Virus record (IMG/VR): IMGVR_UViG_3300032160_000002
Reading direction: 5' to 3' (one strand)
DNA from: an uncultured virus (IMG/VR IMGVR_UViG_3300032160_000002)
Lineage: Duplodnaviria > Heunggongvirae > Uroviricota > Caudoviricetes
Length of the DNA stretch: 64,000 nucleotides
Positions within the stretch are counted from its first letter, which is position 1. Every line of letters begins with the position of its first letter. Under the pieces are notes generated by a model, which saw only the letters and a program-made list of their open reading frames with translations, made no database searches and was not told the DNA's origin. Of the stretch, positions 9,679-17,951 are shown one piece after another. The position numbers and the translations under genes are program-made.

Positions 9679-9867
9679 CGTGACAACATAGAAAATCAGT
9701 GACTGAAGAGAATAATCACTGGCGCGTGGTGACCATCGAATCCGATCCCCAAACCGGAGAGATCCTGGTCCACTATAAGATGCCTCATGGCGAAGACGTG
9801 AAGCGCTACTCGCAGAAAGAATTCATAGAATTGGCCCCGCTGCTTTGCAAGGGCATCTTGTTCCACG

Positions 9868-10215
9868 TCATCCCTTGAGTCCGTTGCAGACCCAGTGCGC
9901 GGCCCCGTTCCAGTCTTAACCGTCTTTCGTGATCCGGTCGTCTCGCCACGCGGCTCCCATCCCTCTGCGCCGTTGGTGCTCAAATGTGGCCTGCGCCAGC
10001 GATAAGCGCTTATTACAGAGGGAGCAGAGCCGGTCCTGGCGCTGAACCATCACCCCGACTCTGCGCTTGTATTCCTTCCAGCCCGCTGGGGAATCCTGAC
10101 ACACTTCCCTTCCGTCCGAGTACCGGCGCACGGCTCCGTCCAGAATGGTCTCGTAGTGCTGCGAGAATTCTGGACGGAGTTTGAAGCGCGGGATGGGCCG
10201 GCGGCGAAAGGTCAT
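9868..10215 (-). pseudogene. HNH endonuclease with in-frame nonsense codon
   Basis: CSLC...TFEH...ITKDG*DWNGAAHWVCNGLKG; TAA at 9916-9918 interrupts the motif and the frame ends at TGA 9868. Confidence 0.75.
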
Positions 10216-10314
10216 GGCTCTTCCATAGGTTAGAAGGCTCCGTCCCTCACCCTCGGAACCTTCTGGTTGGTATTCCCGGCGGTCGCAAGTGTCGGTGGAG
10301 GGACCGGGAAGCTT

Positions 10315-11622
10315 TCAGTCTCCCGCGAGTTCGCGATCCGGCCACTTGTCCATGATGGGAACAATTGGCTGCAGTGCCTTCGGCTGCACGTTCTGCACGC
10401 TCTTCGCCGTCATCAGTTCGAGCAGCGTGACGGTATGCTCGGGATGGAGAACGTCCTCGGTTGCCAGATGCAGCAGTGCGGCGTGGGAGGCGTTGTCGGT
10501 GATCTTCTCGCCTTTGTCCATGCGTGCCCGGAGTGCCTTGATGATCTCCACGTTGCGCTTCAGATTGATGGTCGCGATCTCCTCCTCCATCCGCGACCAA
10601 GAGCTGTAGCCGTTCAAGTATTCAAGGGTGAGGTTGCGGAACATGGCATCGACCTTCGAGCGCTTCTCGCCGCCGGGGAAGCAGTGGGAGAGCAGGTTGT
10701 CCAGTTCTTCGAGAAAGCATTTGCGCTGGATGGAAGCCTCGTGCTGACTGTGCTCGGAGTTGGATTGGAAGAGCGTCGCCGACTTCGGACGGTCCATGTC
10801 TTCCACGTTGTGCGAGCCGCCGATGTTGATAGCTTCGAAGTGAGGCTTAAACGATTCGGCGACGAGTTTGTAGTAGCCGGGCTTGTAGGCGGGTTGATCC
10901 TTCCAGGAAAATGCTTTGCCATTGAGGGACCACACACGGCATTTTTTCACGGTGGCGACGTGAACCATCTGCGACTTGAAAGTTTTCCGCGCCCGTCCGC
11001 GCACTTTTTCGTAGCGGATAAAATCGGGATCATCGGTCTGGGCCATCTCGATCTCTAAGTCCGGTTCGTGGCCGAACTCGCCCTCTGCTTTGATCTTGGT
11101 GCCAGATTTCGAAACCTCCTTGACGAGTTCGCCGGTTTTTTCGTCGATGATTTCGACGTCTTCCCAAACAAACCCCAGGCGGCCGCTGACTCCGAAGTGA
11201 ACCGGAGAGTCCTGAAAGTCCTGCGAGAACGGCGCCCACTCTTCCTTGATACGTGCGATCCGCTGCAAACGTGGACCGCCCGCGTTCATTCCTGCAGTAA
11301 AAAGCTCCTGCCAGAAATGGGTGATCGAATCGACGCAGACCACGCACGCTTTTTCCCGGAGCGCGTCTTTGGCCGCATTTTTCAGATCAATGAACGATCG
11401 AGAACGGTTGAGCAGCAGCGGCACGCCTTCGGTTTTGAAGATGTCGATGACGAAATCGACGCCCTTCTCGGACGCGAGCCACGCTACCGGAGCGGAATTG
11501 TGGTAGGTCTTCGAAAGGTAAATCGCGATCATGGCTTCGAGGGTGGTTTTGCCCGTTCCGGGCGGACCGTAGATAGAGAACTTTGCGAATCCGACTTCTT
11601 TGGTTGCTGGTTTGAACGGCAT
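10315..11622 (-). CDS. AAA_24/Sak4-like P-loop ATPase (phage recombination)
   Basis: IYGPPGTGKTT Walker A, VCVDSITH Walker B, located in the early leftward operon. Confidence 0.8.
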   Translation of the reverse strand: MPFKPATKEVGFAKFSIYGPPGTGKTTLEAMIAIYLSKTYHNSAPVAWLASEKGVDFVIDIFKTEGVPLLLNRSRSFIDLKNAAKDALREKACVVCVDSITHFWQELFTAGMNAGGPRLQRIARIKEEWAPFSQDFQDSPVHFGVSGRLGFVWEDVEIIDEKTGELVKEVSKSGTKIKAEGEFGHEPDLEIEMAQTDDPDFIRYEKVRGRARKTFKSQMVHVATVKKCRVWSLNGKAFSWKDQPAYKPGYYKLVAESFKPHFEAINIGGSHNVEDMDRPKSATLFQSNSEHSQHEASIQRKCFLEELDNLLSHCFPGGEKRSKVDAMFRNLTLEYLNGYSSWSRMEEEIATINLKRNVEIIKALRARMDKGEKITDNASHAALLHLATEDVLHPEHTVTLLELMTAKSVQNVQPKALQPIVPIMDKWPDRELAGD

Positions 11623-11624
11623 GA

Positions 11625-11882
11625 CTAAGCTGCCTCCTTAGCAGCGGTTGGGTGTTGGGACTGCGAATGGGGGGGAGTGACTTTGCGGCGGAATTCTTCG
11701 ATGGCTCCATCGGCTTCGACACACATCTCTAAGCCGAGCATGAGCGTCCGTTGTGCGGCGGCGGGATCGTTCAAGTTCAGGTTCCCGATGGCGTGGATCA
11801 CGACGCCGACGAGATTCAGCAGCGCCAGTTCTTTATTTTCGAGAAGAGCCTGGTATTCGCGGAGAGTGTCTTCGCTGCTCAT
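11625..11882 (-). CDS. hypothetical protein
   Basis: Coupled gene in the leftward operon; GGAGG RBS. Confidence 0.7.
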   Translation of the reverse strand: MSSEDTLREYQALLENKELALLNLVGVVIHAIGNLNLNDPAAAQRTLMLGLEMCVEADGAIEEFRRKVTPPHSQSQHPTAAKEAA

Positions 11883-12094
11883 GACGGCCTCCGGCGGCTG
11901 GTAATGTCGCGGACGGTTGTCTCACGCTCGGGTCGCAGGACTTTGGCCACATTCCGAGCCTCATTCAGCCCGATCAAGAAGTCGTTTTCCGTGACGATCC
12001 GGGCCAGTTGCCCGATCACACAGGATGGGAATACTTCTCTCTGAGCTTTGGTGAGTTCCGAGAGGTAGACGTCGTAGAGCTGGAGGTTATCCAC
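11879..12094 (-). CDS. hypothetical protein
   Basis: GAGGAGG RBS; overlaps its neighbours. Confidence 0.7.
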   Translation of the reverse strand: MDNLQLYDVYLSELTKAQREVFPSCVIGQLARIVTENDFLIGLNEARNVAKVLRPERETTVRDITSRRRPS

Positions 12095-12302
12095 GGCTCA
12101 CCTCCTCAATCGGTTCGGCTTCTTCCCCGTCAATGCACGGCCCTGTGCCCAAAGGCTGATAGCACTCAGTGCATTTGCATCGGCAGTTTTGGTAGGCGTC
12201 TGGCCCATCGTCGGGAGCGTGCATCCACTCGCGAGGATTTCCCCAGGGATCAGTCCACAAGCCGATTTCTTGGCCGCAGTGTTTGCAAATAGCTTTTTTC
12301 AT
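12087..12302 (-). CDS. small Cys-rich protein
   Basis: CKHC...CRCKCTEC; GGAGG RBS. Confidence 0.7.
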   Translation of the reverse strand: MKKAICKHCGQEIGLWTDPWGNPREWMHAPDDGPDAYQNCRCKCTECYQPLGTGPCIDGEEAEPIEEVSRG

Positions 12303-12538
12303 CGGCTCACCTCCCCAAAGCTGCCTTTGAGTTGCCGCATCCGCAAATGCTTCGAACAGTCCGCTTCATCCCCATCCGGTAAGAACTGGATGATTGCGGG
12401 ATCGCCGCATTCGCAACCTTCTAAGTCAACATGGGTGCAGAAGGGGCGGCAGACGCGGGTAACTTCAAAGTGAAGTGCTTGGGTGAGTACCTGTGGAAAA
12501 GAGGGGTGGGTGAGCAGTGGTAGATTGGCGTGAGCCAT
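12299..12538 (-). CDS. small Cys-rich protein
   Basis: CECG...CSKH; GAGGAGG RBS inside the repeated leader. Confidence 0.7.
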   Translation of the reverse strand: MAHANLPLLTHPSFPQVLTQALHFEVTRVCRPFCTHVDLEGCECGDPAIIQFLPDGDEADCSKHLRMRQLKGSFGEVSR

Positions 12539-12616
12539 CGGTGAGCCTCCTCAGTAGGCTTGCTGCGGGTTAGGGGCGCGTCCGTGTTAGAAGCACGGGC
12601 GCGGCCCGTTAAGTTT
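12521..12616 (+). ncRNA. candidate cis-antisense RNA / structured leader cassette, copy B
   Basis: TGG-TAGATT extended -10 at 12518-12526 reads across the ATG and SD of the 12538 gene, ending in a GC hairpin followed by TTAAGTTTT. Confidence 0.55.
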
Positions 12617-12831
12617 TACGACTTCAGTGTGGCGTAGAGCTTGTTCATCAAAGGCTGCATGTTGTTATTGAGCAACCCGATCTGGATCGCCTCTTCTGCC
12701 GCGATAGCCCTGCGATAGCGCGTGACCAGCTTCATGGCTTCGTCGCGTGTGGTATAGAAGCGTGCGCGGAAATTGTTGATCCGCAGTTCCCAGAGACCGA
12801 TTCGGCTTTGGAATCTCAGTGTGTAGGTCAT
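12616..12831 (-). CDS. hypothetical protein
   Basis: 71-aa ORF with ATGA coupling to the upstream gene. Confidence 0.65.
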   Translation of the reverse strand: MTYTLRFQSRIGLWELRINNFRARFYTTRDEAMKLVTRYRRAIAAEEAIQIGLLNNNMQPLMNKLYATLKS

Positions 12832-13001
12832 TGCGGGCCATCCTTTTCTAGATCGTCGAGACGTTCCTCGTGGCTGGCGAGAAGGCGGATGACCTGATTC
12901 AGATGTTTTTCGGTTTCGATCTGCATCCCCGACAGCAACTCCACATTGCGTGCGATGGCGTCGATTCTTTCGTCTGTATCCATGCTGCCCTCCGTCATCA
13001 T
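12828..13001 (-). CDS. small coiled-coil protein, first gene of the leftward operon
   Basis: MMTEGSMDTDERIDAIARNVELLSG...HEERLDDLE; ATG 6 nt after the -10 box. Confidence 0.65.
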   Translation of the reverse strand: MMTEGSMDTDERIDAIARNVELLSGMQIETEKHLNQVIRLLASHEERLDDLEKDGPQ

Positions 13002-13007
13002 GCCTGA

Positions 13008-13036
13008 ATTATCTACCGTGCTAAGCACGGTGTCAA
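13008..13036 (-). promoter_or_regulatory. leftward sigma70-type promoter with palindromic operator in the spacer
   Basis: TTGACA-N17-GATAAT; ACCGTGCT-A-AGCACGGT palindrome at 13015-13031. Confidence 0.8.
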
Positions 13037-13066
13037 GGGAAAAGTTACGATTCGTGAAAATGTTTC

Positions 13067-13095
13067 TTGCGTCCTGCTGAGCACGGTGGTACATT
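13067..13095 (+). promoter_or_regulatory. rightward sigma70-type promoter with second operator copy
   Basis: TTGCGT-N17-TACATT; spacer contains TGCTGAGCACGGT. Confidence 0.75.
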
Positions 13096-13101
13096 CGGCA
13101 C

Positions 13102-13290
13102 ATGGACACTTCTGAAGTTGCGGCAATCAAGGAAGCCGCCATTAAAGAGGAGCGACATAGAATCGCCAGCGCTGGAGGTTTGGCCCGAGCGCAATCCCTC
13201 TCAGCAAAGGAGCGCCGCGCTAGTGCTACGAAAGCATCCAAAGCCGCCGCCGAAGCCCGCCGCAAGAAAGCAAAAAAGCGGAAAGCCTAA
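13102..13290 (+). CDS. small basic protein (GG.ARA..L...ER...A.KA..AR type), putative DNA-binding regulator
   Basis: ASAGGLARAQSLSAKERRASATKASKAAAEARRKK; leaderless position after the promoter. Confidence 0.75.
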   Translation: MDTSEVAAIKEAAIKEERHRIASAGGLARAQSLSAKERRASATKASKAAAEARRKKAKKRKA

Positions 13291-13435
13291 GATGCTCTGG
13301 GTCGGCTCCTTCGAGACTGAGGACTTCTTGTACGTGGTGATCCGCGCCAGCCGGAAGCAGGCCTGAACCTCTCTCGCCACTTTCCCCCTCCCCTTCCTTC
13401 CATGCGACCATCCTCTACTAAGGGAGGAAACCCCT

Positions 13436-13702
13436 ATGCGCACCACACTCCAGTTAGGCCAGCCCATCAACACTTATGACCTGGGCGAAGCCTTGAAACT
13501 CCAGACCGGGCACTTCAAAGTCATTCCACCCGACGGCGATCCCTTCTATGTCACCTGCGAACAAGGCAAGGGCATCGTCGACGTGCAATGGCCGAACCAG
13601 GCGAACACGAAGCCGCTGACCGTGGTCAAGGTCTTCGAGCCGACGAACACGATGACGAACGAAACCGGGGCGACGCCGATCCCAGTCCGCGCCACAGGAT
13701 AA
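13436..13702 (+). CDS. hypothetical protein
   Basis: GGAGG RBS; typical codons. Confidence 0.7.
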   Translation: MRTTLQLGQPINTYDLGEALKLQTGHFKVIPPDGDPFYVTCEQGKGIVDVQWPNQANTKPLTVVKVFEPTNTMTNETGATPIPVRATG

Positions 13703-13807
13703 GCCGGACCCGTTCGCTATAATCTTCCTGCAGTTTGGATCCCTCGAAACATCCCGACCGATGGGAGGGCAAGCAAATGGTGTGTCTGACGAATTAGGAG
13801 GCGAATC

Positions 13808-13990
13808 GTGGGGTATGACGCAAATACGCAGGAACTGAAACCTCTTACCGACAAGGAAGCTGCGGATCGGGCGCGTTTAGGGCTGCCCGTTTTCAGGGTC
13901 GGCGAAGAGATCACACTGCGCGGCATCACTTTCATTGTCGCGGACGTTGCGCCCGGCCAACTCAAGCTCAAGCCCAAGAAAGATGGTTAG
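13808..13990 (+). CDS. hypothetical protein
   Basis: AGGAGG RBS; TATAAT upstream near 13718. Confidence 0.65.
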   Translation: MGYDANTQELKPLTDKEAADRARLGLPVFRVGEEITLRGITFIVADVAPGQLKLKPKKDG

Positions 13991-14179
13991 GGTTTCACTG
14001 ATCTCGCCACGCGCACGCTGAGGTTTATGGGCTTGGGCCCCATCCCAGAACCTTGACCACGGAGCATGAAGGCGTAGACAAAAAGCCTTCTAAATCTATC
14101 TTTCGTCCCCCACACCTCGGTAACCTTCTCTATCTCCTGAATTCCACCTAAGCTAACCCTGCGTTTTACCATGTAGACC

Positions 14180-14641
14180 ATGCTCTTTCCTGAGCCTGGT
14201 TCCATACCCGGTCGATGCCCGGCGCTTTTCAAAGCACACCCACCTGCTGGGATCAGTGCGCTCCAAAATCTCCTCTCAGCCTTCCTGATGCGTTCCCACG
14301 ACTCAGTTCCCTGTTATTACGCGGGAGACCTCCGTTCGTCCCGTCTGCCTGCCGAACTCCGCCCGCGCGCCGCTCTGCACAAACTCAAAAAGGCAGGACT
14401 CGGCAGATTCGTGGATAACGGCCAAGCCTTCCAGTTCAACGTCCTCAAAGAAGACCTCCCGCTCAGTGTCGGCAACATGCTTCCTTTCTCGAAGCCGCAT
14501 TGCTACGGCGATAAACTCCATTACGAGACGCCCCACGCAGGCGATCGATCAATCTGGGCTCGTCATTACCGCAAGCTGATCCATCCTTCCTCTCGAAGCT
14601 TGTTCAACCACCAGGCGCTGCCCATGGCGGTGAGCGCGTGA
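14180..14641 (+). CDS. hypothetical protein (start uncertain)
   Basis: 153-aa ORF with GTGA coupling to the next gene. Confidence 0.55.
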   Translation: MLFPEPGSIPGRCPALFKAHPPAGISALQNLLSAFLMRSHDSVPCYYAGDLRSSRLPAELRPRAALHKLKKAGLGRFVDNGQAFQFNVLKEDLPLSVGNMLPFSKPHCYGDKLHYETPHAGDRSIWARHYRKLIHPSSRSLFNHQALPMAVSA

Positions 14642-14877
14642 GACGGTTGACTGCAAACGAGAGCCGGATCGTGGGCCTCATCGCCGATGGCTTAGGTCCG
14701 ACAGCAATCGCCCAGGAGAAAGGGACCGCTGTCCACACAGTAAAAACGCAACTCACGCTGGTCTATCTGAAGCTTGGCTTGGATGACCCGAGTCTTCATC
14801 ATTATGTGCGGCTCGGCATCTATATGAACTGCGAACTCTTCCGTATTGGCCTGCAAGAACTGGGACTCTCCGCCTGA
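14638..14877 (+). CDS. LuxR/GerE-type HTH protein
   Basis: LTANESRIVGLIADGLGPTAIAQEKGTAVHTVKTQLTLVYLKLG. Confidence 0.85.
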   Translation: MRRLTANESRIVGLIADGLGPTAIAQEKGTAVHTVKTQLTLVYLKLGLDDPSLHHYVRLGIYMNCELFRIGLQELGLSA

Positions 14878-14883
14878 TTCCAT

Positions 14884-15246
14884 GTGCGCTGGGTCGAATT
14901 TGGCGTCGAATATGTCATCGCTTTCACCGATATACGGATGTCACTCGGTGGACAGGCACTCTCCCACGAAGCCTGCGCCATTTGTGCGGTCCTGATCATG
15001 TCCATGCCGGACCCCAAACTCGAATCCGCCGTCGAGTACGCGAAGCGCCTCGGCACCTACAACAAGCTGGACCGTTCTCAGCAGTACGCCGGCCGCTACT
15101 CGAACGAAATTCTGAAGCGCAACGATGACCTCCTGTTTGAAAGGTTGCGTAAGCACGAGGAGCGCGAGTTCCGGCACAGACTAATTCTGGGGCTGATCGC
15201 GCTGGTGCCGACGATCTTGGTCTTTGTGATGTGGTACTACGGCTAA
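14884..15246 (+). CDS. protein with C-terminal membrane anchor (true start probably a downstream ATG)
   Basis: LILGLIALVPTILVFVMWYYG. Confidence 0.55.
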   Translation: MRWVEFGVEYVIAFTDIRMSLGGQALSHEACAICAVLIMSMPDPKLESAVEYAKRLGTYNKLDRSQQYAGRYSNEILKRNDDLLFERLRKHEEREFRHRLILGLIALVPTILVFVMWYYG

Positions 15247-15248
15247 TC

Positions 15249-15410
15249 ATGCTCTTCCCTGTCCTACCCAAGAGCCCTTACACAGTGGAAGCCGCCGGCT
15301 TCTGGCTGCAGCAGCTCCGTCATGCTCATTGCTCGACTCTGGGACGCCGAGACTCGCAAGATCCCGTAACCAGCCACGAAGTTGCGGACGAGGACGACGA
15401 AGAAGCATGA
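15249..15410 (+). CDS. 53-aa hypothetical protein
   Basis: Read manually; ATGA overlap with the next gene. Confidence 0.4.
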   Translation: MLFPVLPKSPYTVEAAGFWLQQLRHAHCSTLGRRDSQDPVTSHEVADEDDEEA

Positions 15411-15658
15411 AAGCGATCACCATCACCTGTATCGGCGGAGTACATGGCGACTGCGAAAGCGCGGTGTGTCACTGTGCGTGTCATCGCCTGGAAGAGCCGG
15501 AGACAGGCCGAGTAAAGCGCGCCAGAAAGACTTTCAACGAGCCCCTCGGGATGGCATGCGCCGCGGCAGTCAACCGATTGAACGAGTACCAGGCCCAGCG
15601 CCAACATCAGGAAGCCCTCTGTCGGCTGGTGGGCATCCCGCTCACGATCTCCGCATGA
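15407..15658 (+). CDS. small Cys/His-cluster protein
   Basis: CIGGVHGDCESAVCHCACH; coupled to the resolvase ATG. Confidence 0.65.
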   Translation: MKAITITCIGGVHGDCESAVCHCACHRLEEPETGRVKRARKTFNEPLGMACAAAVNRLNEYQAQRQHQEALCRLVGIPLTISA

Positions 15659-16248
15659 AAGTCGCCCTCTACGCCCGCGTCTCCACCGACAAGTGCGAGA
15701 TCTGCGGCAAAAAACCTTCCGCCCATACTTCCTCCAGCACCCATGAGTTTCGCGGGCAGGATCCGGAAGTACAACTCCGCGAACTGCGGGACTGGTGCGC
15801 CGCCAACAAGCACACCGTAGTTCACGAATACGTCGATCGCGGCGTCTCTGGAGCGAAAACCTCCCGCCCTCACCTCGATGAACTGATGGCGGCGGCCGCC
15901 CAGGGCTTGCGAGAAATCGAAGCCGTTGTCGTATTGCGCCTCGATCGCTTTGGGCGATCGGTGCAGCACCTGCATGCGGCTGTGGGCAAGCTGCTCGACG
16001 CCAAGGTCGAGTTTGTCAGCGTGAAGGACAATTTCGATCTCACCACGCCGATGGGGAAACTCCTGTTCGGCATCCTGGCTGTCTTCGCTGAGTTCGAGCG
16101 CAACGTGATTGCGGAGCGCACCAAGGACGGGTTGAAGAAGGCGCGAGCCGTCGAGGGACATATCCCTGGCCGCAAGATCGATCTCGCGAAAGGGCCGAGC
16201 CGTACAACGCGCTGGCGGCAGAGGATCGGAGCCCGGAAACTGGCCTGA
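15655..16248 (+). CDS. small serine recombinase (resolvase/invertase family)
   Basis: YARVST catalytic motif, RLDRFGRS, AEFERNVIAERTKDGL; about 197 aa with no large-recombinase domains. Confidence 0.95.
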   Translation: MKVALYARVSTDKCEICGKKPSAHTSSSTHEFRGQDPEVQLRELRDWCAANKHTVVHEYVDRGVSGAKTSRPHLDELMAAAAQGLREIEAVVVLRLDRFGRSVQHLHAAVGKLLDAKVEFVSVKDNFDLTTPMGKLLFGILAVFAEFERNVIAERTKDGLKKARAVEGHIPGRKIDLAKGPSRTTRWRQRIGARKLA

Positions 16249-16251
16249 AAC

Positions 16252-16347
16252 TGTTCCCAATGGCATACGAATGGAAACACGCCACGCATCTGCCCGTTTC
16301 CAAAGGTGCGTTTGGAAACATCAACAACTTACAAGGGATTGGAAACA
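16252..16347. promoter_or_regulatory. res-like multi-subsite recombination site
   Basis: TGTTCCCA-N12-TGGAAACA, GTTTCCAAA-N6-TTTGGAAAC and a lone TTGGAAACA directly after the resolvase. Confidence 0.65.
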
Positions 16348-16410
16348 CGAAATTGCGCCACAAACAGCCCAAACGCCTTATCTGACGCCACTTTCCGAAG
16401 GAGAGACACC

Positions 16411-16626
16411 ATGAAATCAACGATAATCGCCGCGCTGTTTGTCGTAGCGCTGGCGGCTTTTGCCGCCGAAACCTCCACGGTCCAGATTACGCACATCAGC
16501 CCGAGCGAGGTTGGATTCCGCTGCACCAACGGCGGAAAAATGAAGGCACGCGAGGTCGCGGACATGACCATAATCGGCTGCTCTCCGAAGTCTTCCGAGC
16601 CTCCGAAGGCCGCCGACGCCAAGTAG
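16411..16626 (+). CDS. small secreted protein
   Basis: AAGGAG RBS; MKSTIIAALFVVALAAFA signal peptide; two Cys. Confidence 0.75.
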   Translation: MKSTIIAALFVVALAAFAAETSTVQITHISPSEVGFRCTNGGKMKAREVADMTIIGCSPKSSEPPKAADAK

Positions 16627-16731
16627 CCGGTGACGTATTTCTCTGCGGAGATGTAGTGTGACTTCTAGTAGTAGGCAGCACCAAATTCCCGAACGACCCA
16701 ATTCCACCAAACAACCATGAGGAGAACTTCC

Positions 16732-17586
16732 ATGATTCGTAAAACGCTTGCGCTCTCGGTACTACTCGTTTGCGGGCTCATCGCTGCCGAACCAGCGCCA
16801 GCCCAGAACGCCGCCCAAAACCTCAGCTCCACGTATGGCAACTACACCCTGAACTCAGGCAGTACGGTGGCCGCCGCGTCTGGGCAAACGGTGGTGCTCA
16901 ACAACTGCTTCGTGAACGCAGGGCCGATGGGCGGCGGACGCGGCTTCTTCCCGCCTGCGACTAACGTCCCATTGCAGATCAACGACGGATCCAACTCCGA
17001 AGTGGTCACCCCGAGTTCGGTGCAGACTCCCATTGCCAACACCGAACCAGGCGGCGGCCAGAATCCGTACTTCTGTTCTTTCACTGCAACCTTCTCGAAC
17101 GCTCACAGCTTCGGCCCAACTACTTTTATTACTTCGGGCGATGCCGGACGAGCGGAAGCAGCAAACGATAACGGCAACGGATACCCGATGACGCAAGGCG
17201 CCAACTGGCTCACGGGCACTTGCACCGGCACCATGACCGCCTCGCAGACCAATGGCCTTTACGGAGCTGGCACACAGACCGTGGCTTGCGGCTCGACTAC
17301 GATCACCCTCGGCGTCCCCATGTATCGCGCCGGCGTGGCGCGCAACCTGAACTGCACTGCAGGCACCGGCGGCGTCGGCTCGGGATCTGGTGTGGTTACC
17401 GTGCTCAAGAACCACGCGGGCACAAACGCGACCCAGACGGTCACCGCGACCTTCGGCACCGGTACCACGGCGTCCGACTCGACTCATACCTTCTCGTTCG
17501 CTGCAGGGGATATTCTCGGCATCCAGGTTACGAGCGCTGGCTCCGAGACTCTCGCCAACGTCGCCTGCACTCTCCAATTGTTCTAA
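16732..17586 (+). CDS. signal-peptide-bearing beta-rich (virion decoration/fibre-like) protein
   Basis: GAGGAG RBS; AxA-type signal; G/T/S-rich; C-terminal FAAGDILGIQV. Confidence 0.75.
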   Translation: MIRKTLALSVLLVCGLIAAEPAPAQNAAQNLSSTYGNYTLNSGSTVAAASGQTVVLNNCFVNAGPMGGGRGFFPPATNVPLQINDGSNSEVVTPSSVQTPIANTEPGGGQNPYFCSFTATFSNAHSFGPTTFITSGDAGRAEAANDNGNGYPMTQGANWLTGTCTGTMTASQTNGLYGAGTQTVACGSTTITLGVPMYRAGVARNLNCTAGTGGVGSGSGVVTVLKNHAGTNATQTVTATFGTGTTASDSTHTFSFAAGDILGIQVTSAGSETLANVACTLQLF

Positions 17587-17768
17587 AGGGCTGCTAGACC
17601 AGGCCCAGCGGAACAACCCTCCAGTTTTCACCTCGCTGGCCGCTGGGCCATTCTCCCTTTATTTGTTCGAGTTCCCCGACCAAGCGGCGTGCTTTCCGCA
17701 CATGCCGAATGGGGCGAGAGGGGAGTTTCCTAACGGGAACATGAGACTCGCCCCATAAAGGTTTCGCT

Positions 17769-17951
17769 ATGTCTGACGAGAAGTGGATGCAGAAGGCGCG
17801 CGATGCCATGAAACGCAAAGGCACTGTGGGCCTGTTCACGCGCAAAGCGCAAGCTGCAGGCATGAGCACCCAGGCCTACGCGCAGAAGGAATACCACGCG
17901 CCGGGAGTGCTCGGCAAAGAAGCACAGTTCGCGGCCAACCGGGGCAAGTAG
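17769..17951 (+). CDS. small basic phage protein
   Basis: KWMQKA...GLFTRKAQAAGMSTQAYA...KEAQFAAN. Confidence 0.7.
   Translation: MSDEKWMQKARDAMKRKGTVGLFTRKAQAAGMSTQAYAQKEYHAPGVLGKEAQFAANRGK

Noticed and set aside
9868..10215. Stop-codon reassignment suggested by the internal TAA
   Set aside because: TAA, TAG and TGA all terminate other genes normally; a single nonsense change is simpler
14884..15246. Holin assignment
   Set aside because: Only one C-terminal TM segment and no adjacent lysin; insufficient evidence
15382..15654. N-terminal extension of the resolvase
   Set aside because: The family begins at MKVALYARVS and the upstream DNA belongs to the 15407 gene
15655..16248. Serine recombinase as phage integrase
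   Set aside because: Too short; lacks the recombinase and zinc-ribbon/coiled-coil domains of large serine integrases
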